The notes under the pieces: model-generated | What the model was told of the DNA's origin: nothing | Databases searched by the model: none | What the model saw: only the letters and a program-made list of their open reading frames with translations | NCBI GenBank assembly: GCA_963695095.1 | Contig: CAVOFT010000001.1 | Span: 3,392,001-3,456,000 of the forward strand | Source: an uncultured bacterium | GTDB taxonomy: Bacteria; Krumholzibacteriota; Krumholzibacteriia; JACNKJ01 | Length of the DNA stretch: 64,000 bases | Direction: 5' to 3' | In this document: piece after piece, positions 62,701 through 64,000 of the stretch | Numbering within the stretch: the first letter of the stretch is position 1 | How the letters are laid out: each line of letters begins with the position of its first letter | Made by a program: the position numbers and the translations under genes

Positions 62701-62914
62701 CATAGCGCTGTCCCTCCACCTGCACGACGGCCTCGCAGATCTCGGGGTACTTCCAGCCGGGCCCGACGGCCTCGGCCACCGCCCGCAGGCGCGCGGCCAG
62801 CGGCAGCTCAGGCCAGCTCAGGATTTCCTCCACCCGGTAGAGGCACTCCAGCTCCTTGGCCCGCTCTCGGAGCTCGGTCAGGATTGCATCGAGCCGTTCA
62901 TCCTTCTCTTGCAT
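59744..62914 (-). CDS. PEP/pyruvate-binding (PPDK-N ATP-grasp) protein with N-terminal sensor-like region and C-terminal nucleotidyltransferase domain
   Basis: LGGKSAGL, VRSSSLLED...FAGKY, GLGTRAV, LLQCRP, GPGRWGS, SFGTHFFQDL; C-terminal FGSTKNGTAGPCSDIDLL. Confidence 0.85.
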   Translation of the reverse strand: MQEKDERLDAILTELRERAKELECLYRVEEILSWPELPLAARLRAVAEAVGPGWKYPEICEAVVQVEGQRYVSRDFAPTPWVLRAPIALRGQEVGAVEIYYLEERPAADEGPFLKDEVRLIGSIADRIATQLVVEGVETGEGGLRPTAAPGGDEVWRGPAELLRLSDQRLYLSIARKLINHLCWLGIPEAQVMLREAELSGEGDESVGESNVPERRRRPVAELLLSEAPFLLANAHLNGAEILALMQKWLQEDKASAFLKVLNNPYSPMGEVSDAIHRYAQFAAAGGTLAEPTRQGLQVSLVRRFLTEHLDFIKCAKEFFALPDFQGLLGSMVMTESSRGRLGGKSAGLLLAQKILSTMAAEEPLLAGLRVPKAAYVVSDWLLEFIDYNDLADVLEQKYKDVAQVRREYPNIVQLFKNSSFPPAFLRNLHAVIDEFGEVPIIVRSSSLLEDRLGTSFAGKYKSLFLANQGTRQERLEALLDAIAEIYASVFGPDPVEYRRERSLLDFNEEMGILIQQVVGRRVGKYFLPAFAGVAFSNNEFRWSPRIKREDGLIRMVPGLGTRAVDRLGDDYPILMVPGQPALRVNVAIEEKLRYSPKELDAIDLENRTLESLPIRNFLAAGGCDFPGFEQVYSLLDAGSLRKASRLLCDAEQDEFVVTFAGLSDDTPFLRQIAAMLKVLQQRLNTPVDIEFAHDGEHFYLLQCRPQSYGPQDAPAPIPKDLPEDDIIFTANRHVSNGWVPDITHLVYVDGRQYADISRHEDLVGVGRAVSALNKLLPKRQFILIGPGRWGSRGDIRLGVNVSYSDINNTAMLIEVARRKGGYVPDLSFGTHFFQDLVEARIRYLPLYPDERDVLFNERFLGRAPNLLAEMLPEFAHLEAVIRVIDVRAASGGRVLQVLLNADLDEAVAVLSGGGAPAPARSGGEQSRPAQSDQFWRWRQGMAERLAAEMDAERFGVVACYVFGSTKNGTAGPCSDIDLLVHFRGSADQERELRNWLEGWSLCLAEMNYLRTGYRTGGLLDVHIVTDQDIERRDSFAIKIGAVTDPAQELPLKPKG

Positions 62915-64000
62915 CGCGAATCACCACCGCCTTGCCGCTCGTGCCGTCCACCTTGATGCCCAGAGGGCTCGCCGTGCGCACCCAGCGGAGGTAAGCCGTC
63001 TCCTCGACGGCGGGCCGCGCGTTCAGCCACGCCCAGTCGATGGCGGGCGAGGCGCCGTGCGGAACGAAGAGGTACTTCACCTCAAAGCTGATCAGATTGT
63101 GGAAGAAATGCGAGCCCTGACTCATGTCCGGGGCGACCTCCGGCAGCGTGGCCTCCACGATGACGCGGGCGCCGCCGATCTGGGCCCAGTCCACGGGCAC
63201 GCCCAGCCACTCGTCCGAGGTGCCCCAGCGGCCGAAACCGATGAGCAGGTAGGGCCGGCCCGCCTCCTGGAGGCGGCGATTGACGCCCTCCAGCTCGACG
63301 GCCATCTGCCGGGTGCGCGCCGTGTCGAAGGCCTCGGGCTTGAGGTAGACGATGTCGCTGATGCCCTCCACCTGCCCGTTGCCGAGCGCGGTCGTGGAGG
63401 CGAGCAGCAGGTCTGCGCGCGCGAACTCGCCCTCGTCGACGCTGACCCGCTCGCCGGCCACCATCATCGGCCGCAGCTGCAGGAAACCGAAGCGGGCCGG
63501 CTCGCGCCGCTTCGGATCGAGGGCCAGCGCGAACTCGATCTCCACCTCGGCGGCCAGGGCCTCGCGCGAGAGCTCGAGCAGGCGGCGGAGGAGATCGTTG
63601 AGGGGCAGGCCCCCGTAGCGCAGGATGGGCGCGAAGTCGAGCACGCGCGGGCCGCCGGCCGCGATGCCCGGGCGCAGGCGGCCGGCCTCGCCGTCGAAGG
63701 TAGAGGCGGTCAGGCCGAGCTGGCCGTCGGCCTCGGCCACTTCCAGCTCGGCTTGCACGAGGTACTCAGTCTCACGCAGGGGATCGGGCAAGGGCGTGGG
63801 CCCCATGTTGACGGCCCAGAAGCCGGTCTGCGTGTTCTTGAGCAGGTCGCCCAGGTTGTTGAAGGGCTGGGGGCTGGCCGGATAGGCCGGCGAATAGCTC
63901 CAGGCGCGCCCGCCGCCCACGATCTGGCAGCCGAGGCCGAGAGCGAGGCTGACGACGCCATCGGCCGCGCGGCCATGGCCGAAGGGGTAGTGGTTGTGCG
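62898..64000 (-). CDS. Second PEP/pyruvate-binding domain protein, 5' end outside the window
   Basis: Frame open to the window edge (HNHYPFG...ALGLG); EIEFA, LQLRPM, GFGRWGT, SQGSHFFHNL. Confidence 0.8.
   Translation of the reverse strand, partial: HNHYPFGHGRAADGVVSLALGLGCQIVGGGRAWSYSPAYPASPQPFNNLGDLLKNTQTGFWAVNMGPTPLPDPLRETEYLVQAELEVAEADGQLGLTASTFDGEAGRLRPGIAAGGPRVLDFAPILRYGGLPLNDLLRRLLELSREALAAEVEIEFALALDPKRREPARFGFLQLRPMMVAGERVSVDEGEFARADLLLASTTALGNGQVEGISDIVYLKPEAFDTARTRQMAVELEGVNRRLQEAGRPYLLIGFGRWGTSDEWLGVPVDWAQIGGARVIVEATLPEVAPDMSQGSHFFHNLISFEVKYLFVPHGASPAIDWAWLNARPAVEETAYLRWVRTASPLGIKVDGTSGKAVVIRDAREG

Overview
High-GC bacterial chromosomal window. Secreted proteins with FlgD-Ig-like C-terminal domains and large unannotated lipoproteins suggest an FCB-related candidate lineage (e.g. 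Krumholzibacteriota/Latescibacterota-like); this is inference only. Layout: 1-15 kb is an exosortase/EpsI-associated exopolysaccharide locus with two tandem paralogous lipoproteins, and several genes there carry single-base frameshifts that look like consensus errors. 15-29 kb holds an HD-GYP protein, a divergent transketolase, a HEPN-MNT toxin-antitoxin pair, rarD, glnS, a kinase, ppk2, tRNA-Glu/Gln, gltX, ilvC and tRNA-Met. 29-41 kb is envelope and secreted proteins (two OmpA proteins, mscL, apaG). 41-50 kb is a type II secretion/type IV pilus-like operon. 50-64 kb has a TMTC-like glycosyltransferase, nadE, lpoB, PduO, pgeF, gdh and two PEP-synthase-like regulators. The standout is at 34264-36405 (-): two apparent ORFs form one continuous 714-codon frame interrupted only by two in-frame TGA codons (L-TGA-E-Y-G-TGA-F). 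A SECIS-like hairpin follows directly, making this a candidate secreted double-selenocysteine (UxxxU) beta-helix protein.
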